Below are positions 20,887 to 30,088 of a stretch of DNA of 64,000 nucleotides, piece by piece. Each line of letters begins with the position of its first letter. The stretch's first letter is position 1. This stretch comes from an uncultured Candidatus Saccharibacteria bacterium (GTDB lineage Bacteria; Patescibacteriota; Minisyncoccia; Minisyncoccales; JANBVM01). Location of the stretch: assembly GCA_964514375.1 (NCBI GenBank), contig CAZEQH010000002.1:3742-67741 (forward strand), given 5' to 3'. The notes under the pieces were generated by a model. That model did not search any database. It was not told where the DNA came from and saw only the letters and a program-made list of their open reading frames with translations. The translations under genes and the position numbers were made by a program.

Positions 20887-21543
20887 TTAAACTTTACCTT
20901 CCCATTCCCGGAAAAATCTGTTTAGATATTTTTCCATGAATTCATGTCTTTCTCTAGCCAACTTTTTACCGGTTTCAGTGTGCATCCTATTTTTCAAAAG
21001 AAGCAATTTTTCATAAAAGTGGTTGATGCTGGGACTGTTGTTCTTTTTGTATTCTGCGAAAGATTTATGTTTTTTGGGTTTTATATTCGGATTGTAAATT
21101 TGTCTTCCCACGTTTCCTCCGTAGGCGAAACACCTGGATATGCCTATGGCTCCTATGGCGTCAAGCCGGTCTGCATCCTGGACCGTTTTGCCTTCCGGAG
21201 AATCAAGCTTATCCTTGACGCCGGCCCCTTTGAAAGATACGTCCTTGATAATACTGCAGACGTGAGAAACAATCTTATCTTCTACGCCCAAGCTTTCCAG
21301 CCACTCTTTGGCTATTATGGCTCCGACGGAGTCATCTCCTTTGTCCTGGAATTTCCAATCAGCTATATCATGAAGGAGAGCAGCCAATTCTACCACGAAT
21401 AGATCAGCCCCTTCTTCTTTGCCGATCCTTTTTGCCATTTTATTTACTCTCAAAGTATGCCACCAGTCGTGGCCTGTTCCTTCTCCGCGAAGTTTGTTTT
21501 TCGCAAACCTTTCGGTTTTTTCAATGATTTCTTCTTTATTCAA
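20887..21543 (-). CDS. HD-domain hydrolase (YedJ-like)
   Basis: GHDWWH..RV, ALLHD, VQDADRLDAIGAIG, HFYEKLL. Confidence 0.9.
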   Translation of the reverse strand: MNKEEIIEKTERFAKNKLRGEGTGHDWWHTLRVNKMAKRIGKEEGADLFVVELAALLHDIADWKFQDKGDDSVGAIIAKEWLESLGVEDKIVSHVCSIIKDVSFKGAGVKDKLDSPEGKTVQDADRLDAIGAIGISRCFAYGGNVGRQIYNPNIKPKKHKSFAEYKKNNSPSINHFYEKLLLLKNRMHTETGKKLARERHEFMEKYLNRFFREWEGKV

Positions 21544-21569
21544 ATTTTCTCTTCCAGGATTTCCTGAAT

Positions 21570-22046
21570 TTATCTCTTGATAATGAACCAGCCGCTGCTT
21601 TCAGCGGATTGACTCGTTCCTTCCGGGAAGGGGCTTTCATGTATTAATAATTCAAGAGTGGCCCCTTGATATTCTGGTCCTGGAAAAATTTCATCGGTCG
21701 TTGTCCAGGAATAACTGTCCTGGGAAGCAGTAACGTCCTTGGCTATCCATCCGTCAATCTCAGCTCCCGAACCCTCCCTTTTATAGCCGATATCGATAGT
21801 ATCTACTCCTGAAGATTCCCAGGACACATCAACCGTATCTCCCACCGTAAAGGTTTCCCCTCCCGCAGGAGAGGTTACCTTAATATAGGGGCTGCTATTT
21901 TCCGTCATCTCTACCATGGTAAAGGGTCCTTCCTCCTCAATGTTCTGTGATTGCTTTATGGTGAATAATCCTGCGAGTATGGCTAAAATCAGTACTATGC
22001 CCAGAGCCAGCGTTGTTGATACACCTCTATTTAAAAGTTTGAACAT
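21570..22046 (-). CDS. surface protein with pilin-like N-terminus and Ig-like domain
   Basis: NRG|VST followed by a hydrophobic helix; IKVTSPAGGE...V.W, SYSW. Confidence 0.55.
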   Translation of the reverse strand: MFKLLNRGVSTTLALGIVLILAILAGLFTIKQSQNIEEEGPFTMVEMTENSSPYIKVTSPAGGETFTVGDTVDVSWESSGVDTIDIGYKREGSGAEIDGWIAKDVTASQDSYSWTTTDEIFPGPEYQGATLELLIHESPFPEGTSQSAESSGWFIIKR

Positions 22047-22093
22047 AGTGTTTGTTTTTTCTTAATCCTTGGCCTTCCTAATTTATTATACGT

Positions 22094-23035
22094 CTATTTC
22101 AGGTATTTTTCGATGTTCTCCAAGTGTTCCTCATAGGTTTTGGCAGGATGTATCTGGCCTTCACTGTCGTGGAGATAAAAGAAATACTCCGTGTCTCCTG
22201 AGTCAACCACGGCGTTTAAAGCCGCCAAGCCGGGATTGCAGATGGGAGCAGGAGGCCTCCCTTTATGCAGATAAGTATTATAAGGTGAATCTATTTTGTA
22301 ATCTTCCGGTTTTACAGAAGACCACCAATTGCCTGGTTTTCCCAGAGCATACTGGACAGTGGCGTCTATTTCAAACTTCATGTCATTCAACCATCTGTTC
22401 CAGATTATGGCGGCAATCAGAGGCATTTCTTTTTCACTGCCAGCCTCTCTCTGGATAATGGAGGCCAGGATAACCAAAGTATTGTTCAGGATACGGCTTT
22501 CTGCAGCACGTTTAAATATTTCGATGGTTTGTTCGTTAAAGTTGCTTTCCATCCTGGTCGCTGTTTCCTGGCCTGTATAATCCAAATTAAATAGATAGGT
22601 ATCAGGGAACAAATATCCTTCTTCAGCAGTTGAGATGAATTCTTGCTTTTTACTATCTGCCCATCCCAGCTGCTCAGCTATTCTATCGGCCACTTCCTCT
22701 TTCCTTAAGCCTTCCGGTATGACTACCCACTTTTGATAAGGATGATTGACTAAAATGTCTGCCAGCTCCCAGGCATTCATGCCTCTGGAGATTAGATACC
22801 CTCCCGGCTTAATCTGTCCCAGGAATCCCCTCACCTGCATCACTAATTTGAATGCCCACTCGGTTCTTATATAACCTTCCTCTTTTAGTTTGGTAATTAT
22901 TTCCGTTTGCCCTGCATTAAGGTTGATTACAAAGCGTTCTTCTGCAGCTTTTCCTTCCGGAGCTGAAAACTGGTATAGAAAAAACAGAACCGCTATGACA
23001 GGCAGTATGGCTATTATAATTTTTTTCTTGTCCAT
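22094..23035 (-). CDS. mltG: endolytic transglycosylase MltG
   Basis: IPEG, EGYLFPDTY, LASIIQRE, SPYNTY..G.PP.PICNPG. Confidence 0.92.
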   Translation of the reverse strand: MDKKKIIIAILPVIAVLFFLYQFSAPEGKAAEERFVINLNAGQTEIITKLKEEGYIRTEWAFKLVMQVRGFLGQIKPGGYLISRGMNAWELADILVNHPYQKWVVIPEGLRKEEVADRIAEQLGWADSKKQEFISTAEEGYLFPDTYLFNLDYTGQETATRMESNFNEQTIEIFKRAAESRILNNTLVILASIIQREAGSEKEMPLIAAIIWNRWLNDMKFEIDATVQYALGKPGNWWSSVKPEDYKIDSPYNTYLHKGRPPAPICNPGLAALNAVVDSGDTEYFFYLHDSEGQIHPAKTYEEHLENIEKYLK

Positions 23036-23115
23036 ACTTTTATCTTACTTTTTACCTTACGGACTATCAAGAGACAAAATAAAAAATGCCCCAAAGGGAG
23101 GCATTAAGTAGTTTT

Positions 23116-23976
23116 TTATATTATCACATGACGTATACTGACTCCGGATTCTTTCAGGATAATCGCGCCTTTTGAAGTATCAATGCCTTTCAACAAAACA
23201 ACATTCTCTGTACCGCTTTCAACTATTAATCTGGCGCATACCTCACACGGGCTCGCGTTGAGATACATGTCACTGCCCTTAGTTGAAGCGCCGCCGCTGA
23301 CCACCAAATTGCTCAAGGCCTGCATCACGGCACAGATTTCAGTTTGTTTGCCTATGGAGACAATCTTGCCATCTTTGACTATTACGCAAGCTGCTTTTCT
23401 GAAAGAATATTCAGAGGTTAAGACGGCAATATTCATATAATACTTATCCTGTTCGGCAATCTTCTCGTGATATTCTTTGGTGCCTTCCTGAATTTCAAAC
23501 AGACCGGTGGAACCGAATCCCCCGGCTCCCCTGAGGGTTTTTGGAAGCTCTTCAACTTCTTCCAATACGGGAACTTTGACATCCGAAAAAATCAACTGGG
23601 CCACTCTCATGCCCTCCGTTATCGTGAAAGGCTCTTTGCCCCGGTTCCTGAGAAGCACTCCTGCTTCTCCCCTGAAATCAGGGTCTATGGTGCCCGGTGA
23701 ATTCGATAGTTCAATGTCATATTTGCTTGCCAAACCGCTTCTTGGCCTTACTTCGCACTGCCACGGCCAGGGAATGGCAAATTGAACTCCTATTCCTATC
23801 AAGACGCTCTCTCCCGGATTAATCGTTACGGGGAAGCTGCCGATTACCTCTCTGGTCATCTTGTCTAAAATGACTGAAGCATATACGTCGTATCCTATGG
23901 CTCCGTTTGAAGCTCTTTTCGGAATTTCAGAATCTTCTCTAATCCTTCTTACCTTAACATTCATTATTTTCATCAC
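23116..23976 (-). CDS. dut: dUTPase fused to a degenerate dCMP-deaminase-like domain
   Basis: RPRSGLA, GTIDPDFRGE, RGAGGFGSTG; C-terminal ACVIVKDGKIVSIG and SPCEVC. Confidence 0.88.
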   Translation of the reverse strand: MMKIMNVKVRRIREDSEIPKRASNGAIGYDVYASVILDKMTREVIGSFPVTINPGESVLIGIGVQFAIPWPWQCEVRPRSGLASKYDIELSNSPGTIDPDFRGEAGVLLRNRGKEPFTITEGMRVAQLIFSDVKVPVLEEVEELPKTLRGAGGFGSTGLFEIQEGTKEYHEKIAEQDKYYMNIAVLTSEYSFRKAACVIVKDGKIVSIGKQTEICAVMQALSNLVVSGGASTKGSDMYLNASPCEVCARLIVESGTENVVLLKGIDTSKGAIILKESGVSIRHVII

Positions 23977-24053
23977 TTCTGATTTTTAAAGAGAACTGGA
24001 TTCAACTTACTAAAAAGAACAGAAAAATCAAGATAATGCCGTTACTTAATCAA

Positions 24054-24087
24054 AAACTGCCCCTATACCTTGCGGTCGGGGCAGTTT
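24054..24087. terminator. terminator-like hairpin at the island's left edge
   Basis: AAACTGCCCC...GGGGCAGTTT inverted repeat. Confidence 0.55.
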
Positions 24088-24184
24088 CTGAATTAATCTT
24101 TTTCTCCTTTCAAATTTACAAATCATTATAAACTTGAAAGAAAAAAAAGAAAAAAAAGATTATTTCTTCTTATTATTAAGTTTT

Positions 24185-24736
24185 CTATACCTCTCTGAAG
24201 TAAGCCTGTAAGGTCCTGTTTGAATTCATAACAATGGGGATTGGGTTGTCGTCTCCCGTGACGTTGCTGATGAACCAGTGTTCAAATACCCAAAAAGCAT
24301 TGGATATAGCCGTTACATACACGATGGTTCTGCTTCGGTATATGTGTACTCCTTCGCCAGGATCAGTACCGCCGCCGCCGAAAATCTCTATGGTAAGTGA
24401 GTAATTGAAGAATGGACCTTCTTCTACAAAGTTGGCTATGATATCTTTATCTCCGTCGATGATTATCGTTATCTTAGTTTCATTACCGCTAGCGTCTCCA
24501 TGCCATCCTTCCAACATAGAGCCTGGGTATGAATAAGCATTTATCTCCAGTTTGGTTCCTTCCGGATAGTAATGGCTGCCCGGGTCCGGGTCCGTTGTTC
24601 CCTCCCCCGTAATGCTTATGCTTAAACAGTAATTTACAGGAGATTTTGAATTTAGAATCAGCACAGGTATTAACACGCTTAAGGTTGCTATGGTTGCTAT
24701 AACTGTTATCAGGATAATTTTATTGAATCTTTTCAT
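24185..24736 (-). CDS. membrane-anchored protein with two InlB-B-repeat-like (Flg_new-type) repeats
   Basis: N-terminal TM; two repeats of Y.L.I...G.G.T.P..G...Y......A.......F..W.G........I....AxF. Confidence 0.7.
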   Translation of the reverse strand: MKRFNKIILITVIATIATLSVLIPVLILNSKSPVNYCLSISITGEGTTDPDPGSHYYPEGTKLEINAYSYPGSMLEGWHGDASGNETKITIIIDGDKDIIANFVEEGPFFNYSLTIEIFGGGGTDPGEGVHIYRSRTIVYVTAISNAFWVFEHWFISNVTGDDNPIPIVMNSNRTLQAYFREV

Positions 24737-24912
24737 CCTTTTTTACCTCTTTTAAATTATTAAGTTTCTGCCTGTATTTAAAAATAATTATGACATTTTG
24801 TCAATAGCTTATCGCGGCAGAGCAAAAAATAAAAAGATAAGAATTACTTCTTATCTAATTAAGAAAAAAATATTTAGGATTATTTTTATCACATTTTCCA
24901 ATTCCTTCCTCT

Positions 24913-26517
24913 TCATAGGTCGCGGTCGTAATCATCGTCATAAGGCCTTCTTGTCACTGGTTCATTACTTATTGGTCTTCTGTATTGTGTCCCACCTTCT
25001 TGCCTTCTTTTCCTCGGGTAGGGACCGCGGTCGTAAATCTCCTCGTGATAGTTTCTCGTTGCACTTTCATGTTGCCTTTCTCTTTCCTCTTCCCGTTCCA
25101 TCTCTCGCTTTTTCTTTTTTCTCTTTTTTACACTCTTTTTGATTCTCTTAGGAATCACTTTTACAAAGGATATATAGGCCGCTATTATAATTACTATAAT
25201 GATTACAATAAGAATCAATAAGGGAGCAAAAACGACCAACAAAGACAAAAGGTCATTCATAAAGTCTTCAAAGGTGTAAGGATCTAATGGCGGCTCAACA
25301 TCATAATCTCCTACTATGCTGCCGTCCCACACCCAGTCCCCCATAATTAGATAGGGGTCGTTGAGTATGGTGCGGCTCAATTCAGCTGTAGTCGGTATAC
25401 TTGCCACGAATTCTACGTCTACGTCAAACGTCCACCTTAGCGCAAAATTACATACATGAGCTCCGACAACTCTTTTTGGAGCGACGCTGGATGCGGGACC
25501 GTAGACGGCATCCAAATTGCCGGCCCAGAACCCCCACTCCCAGAACACCACGCCTGCTTTTCTGATGTGATTATACTGGACATACTCATAGGTTTCAGGC
25601 GCCAGTAAAGTGTATAAGTCAAAGGTGAACATCCTGTTATTCGCTGGGTTGGGATTATTAAATCCCGTTCCTATTTGACTGCCTCCGACTTTCGATTGAG
25701 TTATGGTTGCTCCTCTTTGAATGGGACCCGCCTGCCATCCGAGGCCGTAATCATTGTAATAATTGATAATCTTTTGTTGGTCAGAATCAAAGTCGTCCAT
25801 TTCTACCAGGCTTACCTTTCCCTCATCTATATTGGAAAGATTTTCGAAAGTATCATTGTAAACTCCTATTGGCGAGGAAGTTAAATTTGCCACAGTAACT
25901 TTTAATACATCTCCCTTGATATAAGGAGTATGATAAGTTGCATTTCCAAGAGTCACCGAACCATTCATGCCTGTAAGTTCCTTTATCCCTACCGTTACAG
26001 GTAAGAAAACCGAATATTCGAACAGGTTTACGTTGCCTCCGTAATCAAGCTGATTCCATTCCGCAGAATAAGTTTCCATAAAGTTTCCATACATCTTCGC
26101 CCTTATTATTGCTAAAAAAAGTTCCTTCACGTGCTTATCTAAATTTAAATTCGGGAATTCATTCCTGATGCCCACAATTGTATGGGCAGTTATAGAAAAT
26201 TCATATTTTGCTCTGGCTTTATAAAGAATAGCATCGTCGGTCACACTGAATACCCCCAGATTCTCGAACTCCGTGAAACTTTCGCCTCCCGAAGAAAAAA
26301 CAATCTTATTCCTCGGCAATTCTCCTGTGTCGACATCACCCAGACCAACATACAGCCAATTCGCTTTAATTATGGATGTATTGTCATCGAATGAAGCCTT
26401 CGGTTTTTGACTCTTTGATGTGGACTTCGCGCTGTCAATAGGTACGCCTACGCCTGGCAGTAGAAAAGCGATAAAAACAATTCCGATAATCAAGACTAAC
26501 GATCTTTTCCTGTGAAT
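24913..26517 (-). CDS. large extracellular protein with signal peptide, C-terminal TM and charged tail (start ATT 26517 or TTG 26493)
   Basis: Hydrophobic N-terminus, long C-terminal TM, K/R/E-rich tail; GAGGTGA upstream. Confidence 0.7.
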   Translation of the reverse strand: MHRKRSLVLIIGIVFIAFLLPGVGVPIDSAKSTSKSQKPKASFDDNTSIIKANWLYVGLGDVDTGELPRNKIVFSSGGESFTEFENLGVFSVTDDAILYKARAKYEFSITAHTIVGIRNEFPNLNLDKHVKELFLAIIRAKMYGNFMETYSAEWNQLDYGGNVNLFEYSVFLPVTVGIKELTGMNGSVTLGNATYHTPYIKGDVLKVTVANLTSSPIGVYNDTFENLSNIDEGKVSLVEMDDFDSDQQKIINYYNDYGLGWQAGPIQRGATITQSKVGGSQIGTGFNNPNPANNRMFTFDLYTLLAPETYEYVQYNHIRKAGVVFWEWGFWAGNLDAVYGPASSVAPKRVVGAHVCNFALRWTFDVDVEFVASIPTTAELSRTILNDPYLIMGDWVWDGSIVGDYDVEPPLDPYTFEDFMNDLLSLLVVFAPLLILIVIIIVIIIAAYISFVKVIPKRIKKSVKKRKKKKREMEREEERERQHESATRNYHEEIYDRGPYPRKRRQEGGTQYRRPISNEPVTRRPYDDDYDRDL

Positions 26518-26667
26518 TTTTTATCACCTCTTTTTTTTGAAAGATCTAGTGTGCATTTCTACACGCTGCAAGCCCTGTTTAACACTTCATAAGTGTTTTT
26601 GTCAAGAGTTCTCAAATAAAAACTCACTTTTGAAAAAGTGAGAAAAAAAATTTTTAAAAAAATCAGA

Positions 26668-27714
26668 TTAAACCATAGAGAAAAAAGCTTCTGCTTTAGT
26701 GTTCGAATCAATAGTAATGGTAATCGTCCTGTCGAAGTACGCTCTGCCGTTCACGCCCCAATATTGGAATTTTGCACCCATAAAGTCTATCGCGCTGAGA
26801 GTCATCGTAGTACCCTTAAGTATATCGTAGTACGTGCCCGCCGGAGGGGCAGTTATTCCTCCGCCGTATGTCTTAATGGTCAGAGTATACTTTGGGATAG
26901 GAACAAAGTGAACGGTTACAGTTTTGTCGCCGTCTATTACGGTAGTTACCGGGTTAGCAGACGAAGAGATGTCTCCGCTGAAATGATCAAATCTGTAGCC
27001 ATACAATGGAATGGCTGCCAGTGTAATTTCCGTGCTGTAGATGAACTCATAAGTACCGCTTCCTCCTAAATTAGTAATTCCCTCTCCATCTATTATAATC
27101 GTGAGTGAGCATCTATTCGTAAAGTGTGCCGTAAAATTCATGTCTTCAAACACGAACGTGCTTACTGTTTTTTCGGTGCTGTTAATAGGCCCTGTCCAGC
27201 ATTGGAATTTCCATCCTGGAACCGATTCTACCGCAGTCAGATTGAGCAGAGTGCCGGCTGCATACAAATGATCTCCTACACCAGGTATCACTGTCCCCTG
27301 ACCATCAACGTTTATACTCAACGTATAATTTGTAATGGGTATCGTTCTGAAGTAAGCAGTAACGTCAGCGTCATAGCTCATATTTAAGAAAAGTATCCTT
27401 TCCTTAGCTGTGCCTCCTTTGATGTTACCGGCCCAGTGGTCGAACATCGAACCGGGATAGGGCTGGGCTATTAGAACGGTGGTCTCGTCTTTCTTGCGCT
27501 GATATTCGCCTGGAACGGGGCTGGTGGTTCCGTTCCCCACAGCGTTTATGGTTAACTTAACATTAACGGGAATAGGATTGTACGGGTTGTTACCGCCGTT
27601 TCCAAGGTTGGGATTTAACTTAATAGCGGCAAATATCCCCACAGACAGAGAAGCACCCACAATTAGAATTATTACTAAGGCAGTAATAATCACTTTCTTT
27701 TTCTTCTTTTCCAT
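26668..27714 (-). CDS. membrane-anchored protein with four InlB-B-repeat-like repeats
   Basis: Poly-K then TM; four ~75-aa repeats with G.G...P, F.HW.G and V.A.F. Confidence 0.75.
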   Translation of the reverse strand: MEKKKKKVIITALVIILIVGASLSVGIFAAIKLNPNLGNGGNNPYNPIPVNVKLTINAVGNGTTSPVPGEYQRKKDETTVLIAQPYPGSMFDHWAGNIKGGTAKERILFLNMSYDADVTAYFRTIPITNYTLSINVDGQGTVIPGVGDHLYAAGTLLNLTAVESVPGWKFQCWTGPINSTEKTVSTFVFEDMNFTAHFTNRCSLTIIIDGEGITNLGGSGTYEFIYSTEITLAAIPLYGYRFDHFSGDISSSANPVTTVIDGDKTVTVHFVPIPKYTLTIKTYGGGITAPPAGTYYDILKGTTMTLSAIDFMGAKFQYWGVNGRAYFDRTITITIDSNTKAEAFFSMV

Positions 27715-27870
27715 TCATTATCACTCTCTTTTTATTCTAATCATTATTTATTTGTAGAGTTGCTGTGTTTATTCAACATTAACCAAGTGGTTTTGTCAAT
27801 AGTACATTAAATAAAAGAACCACCCTTGAGAATGGTTCTGAATTTCTATATGAAAGAAAAGAGCTTAGCC

Positions 27871-28131
27871 TTAAAGAAACGCTAATCCTACATAGGTAAA
27901 GAAAGCGGCTACGGCTGTGGCTAATGGTGTAACAACGAAAATTAAAAGAAACTTGGTATGTCTTTTAAATTCTTTTATCTCTTCATCCTTTAAATCCCAT
28001 GATGCTTTCATTATTATCTCTTTCGCATCCAATTCGCTTTGGCGTTTCATTTCTTCGTATTTAGACTTTATTTTATCTTTATACGCTCCTCTTACTGGAA
28101 AAAATTCTTTTTGCTGTTTTGCTTCTACCAT
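27871..28131 (-). CDS. small tail-anchored membrane protein
   Basis: Charged N-terminus, C-terminal TM; AGGTGA RBS and upstream TTGACA. Confidence 0.55.
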   Translation of the reverse strand: MVEAKQQKEFFPVRGAYKDKIKSKYEEMKRQSELDAKEIIMKASWDLKDEEIKEFKRHTKFLLIFVVTPLATAVAAFFTYVGLAFL

Positions 28132-28341
28132 TTAGTTCTCACCTTTTTCCAATCTGTTTTTAAATTTCTATGCTTTTCTAAATCTTTTTGATTAATTTGT
28201 CAACACCAAACCCAAGCTGAACGCTTGGGTTAATAATCTCCAATAACTTAAAGCCGATAACTCATAACTGGAAATTACGGAGTAATTTCTGCTGGGGGTC
28301 TATTTCATTTGACAAAAAGTTCTTTCTAGGACTTTCGGAAG

Positions 28342-28602
28342 TTAAGTATTAAAGGTGTCTTTCAGCATTGCCCTTAAGGTGGTTTTCCCTTTGGTTGTCT
28401 TTAAATACCGTTCCCTTCTCCTTGTATCTTCTTTCGAGATATAAGCTTCATAGAAGATAAGATTAAATGGAGCGTAATGTTTAGTTGATAATTCTTCCTT
28501 ATTGTTATGTTCTTTGAAACGTCTTTTTAAATCGCGGGTTACACCAACATAAACGAAATCTTTATTCAAACTTTTTAAAACATAAACGTAATGAAATTTC
28601 AT
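28342..28602 (-). CDS. small GIY-YIG nuclease
   Basis: YVYVLKS...YVGVT.DL.RR..EHN, YEAY, RE.YLKT..G. Confidence 0.88.
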   Translation of the reverse strand: MKFHYVYVLKSLNKDFVYVGVTRDLKRRFKEHNNKEELSTKHYAPFNLIFYEAYISKEDTRRRERYLKTTKGKTTLRAMLKDTFNT

Positions 28603-28695
28603 AAAAATAGAGAGGGGACGCACCATTCGGTGCATCCCTCCCTCTCATACGATTCGGTCTTGCTTTGCGCAAGCCCTGTACCGTATGGTATGGGG

Positions 28696-28766
28696 TTGCC
28701 GGGCTAGGGCTCGAACCTAGATTGAGGGCTTCAAAGGCCCCTGTCCTACCATTAGACGACCCGGCA
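28696..28766 (-). tRNA. tRNA-Gln(TTG)
   Basis: TGCCGGG/CCCGGCA acceptor stem, anticodon loop CTTTGAA, GGTTCGAGCC T-arm. Confidence 0.93.
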
Positions 28767-28776
28767 AGATATATAA

Positions 28777-28832
28777 CTACCATTAGACCCGCCTCGCCGA
28801 TGACTCGGCGAGTCGAGGCGGGCGACCCGGCA
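28777..28832. repeat. duplicated 5' end of tRNA-Gln interrupted by a 35-nt GC-rich palindrome
   Basis: ctaccattagac + insert + gacccggca matches the tRNA segment 28746..28766. Confidence 0.7.
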
Positions 28833-28966
28833 TTTTTTATGGATTCCTTCTATCCATCCCTGAATCTTTCTATTAAGGTTTACACTCTTTTTCACGATTA
28901 TCCTTAATAGTCCATAATAATCATTCTCCGGTATTTTTTCTATAAGGCTATATCTTTATAAATAAA

Positions 28967-30088
28967 TTAATCTTGCTCGCAGATTTCCACTATCGCCAGT
29001 TCCAGGGGTAGTTGGGGAATGGGAGAGCGCCGCATTTTATTATGGGCTTCCAGGAAAGTATTAACTATATCTTTGAGCTCTTCCTCTTTGAAACAGGAAG
29101 CCTGCTTGATGAGCGTCTGGACTTCTTCCTTAGTAAGGCCTGAAAGATATCTCTGGAGTTCCTGCTCTTTGCTCTTCTCTCCTATTATTTTGACAATAAG
29201 GGTTTTTCTCAGGTAGCTGATAAGTGTTTTGGAAAACTCTTCCATGTCCATCCCTTTCTGTCCGATATTATTGAGATAATCAATAGCTTTAAGAGTCTCC
29301 TTATCGCACAAAAACCCCGTTAATTTACTCACCATTTCCACCTCTACCAGACCTAGCAGGTCTTTGATATCTTCTGCCTTTATTTCTTTTTTGGAATCCT
29401 TATAAAAAGTGGATATCTGGTTGAGCAGGCTTTCCGCATCCCTGATGGCTCCTCCCGCATTGATGGCGATGAGTTCCTCGGCAGCCTTTTCAATCTTTAT
29501 CTTTTCCTTTTTGACCACGGCTTCTATCTTCTCCATAATCTCGGGCACCGTGAGCTTTCGAAAGTCAAATCTCTGACAGCGCGAAATAATAGTGGGAATC
29601 ATCTTGTGTATCTCCGTGGTGGCCAGAATAAAAATAGCATGCTCAGGAGGTTCTTCCAAGGTTTTTAATAAGGCATTAGATGCCTCCTTGGTCAATTGAT
29701 GGGATTCGTCGATGATAAACACCTTATATTTGGATTTGGTGGGAGAAAACATAATTCCATCTTTCAGTTCTCTGATGTCGTCGATTCCCCGGTGGGAAGC
29801 TGCATCTATCTCCAGGAGGTCTATGGCGTTGCCTTCGGTTATTTCCAGACAGGAAGAGCATTTGTTGCACGGCTCATAATCACCTTCTTTCCTGTTTTTA
29901 CAATTGACGGATTTAGCCAGGAGTCTGGCCAGAGTGGTTTTGCCCGTGCCTCTGGGTCCGGAAAACAAATAGGCGTGGGAGACCATTCCCCTGGCAATAG
30001 CGTTGGTGAGTGTTTTAACGATGTGCTCCTGACCGATAAATTCTGAAAAACTCTGCGGCCGGTATTTCCGGTACAATACCAATGACAT
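28967..30088 (-). CDS. dnaX: DNA polymerase III subunit gamma/tau
   Basis: LYRKYRP, GPRGTGKTT, EIDAAS, LLKTLEEPP, TIISRCQ. Confidence 0.96.
   Translation of the reverse strand: MSLVLYRKYRPQSFSEFIGQEHIVKTLTNAIARGMVSHAYLFSGPRGTGKTTLARLLAKSVNCKNRKEGDYEPCNKCSSCLEITEGNAIDLLEIDAASHRGIDDIRELKDGIMFSPTKSKYKVFIIDESHQLTKEASNALLKTLEEPPEHAIFILATTEIHKMIPTIISRCQRFDFRKLTVPEIMEKIEAVVKKEKIKIEKAAEELIAINAGGAIRDAESLLNQISTFYKDSKKEIKAEDIKDLLGLVEVEMVSKLTGFLCDKETLKAIDYLNNIGQKGMDMEEFSKTLISYLRKTLIVKIIGEKSKEQELQRYLSGLTKEEVQTLIKQASCFKEEELKDIVNTFLEAHNKMRRSPIPQLPLELAIVEICEQD

Noticed and set aside
24054-24087. Possible att site matching the tRNA-Gln 3' end at the island's far edge
   Set aside because: No direct repeat of the tRNA end was found and there is no integrase; it is only a hairpin
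28562-28907. ORFs overlapping tRNA-Gln
   Set aside because: Spurious frames over the tRNA and palindromes
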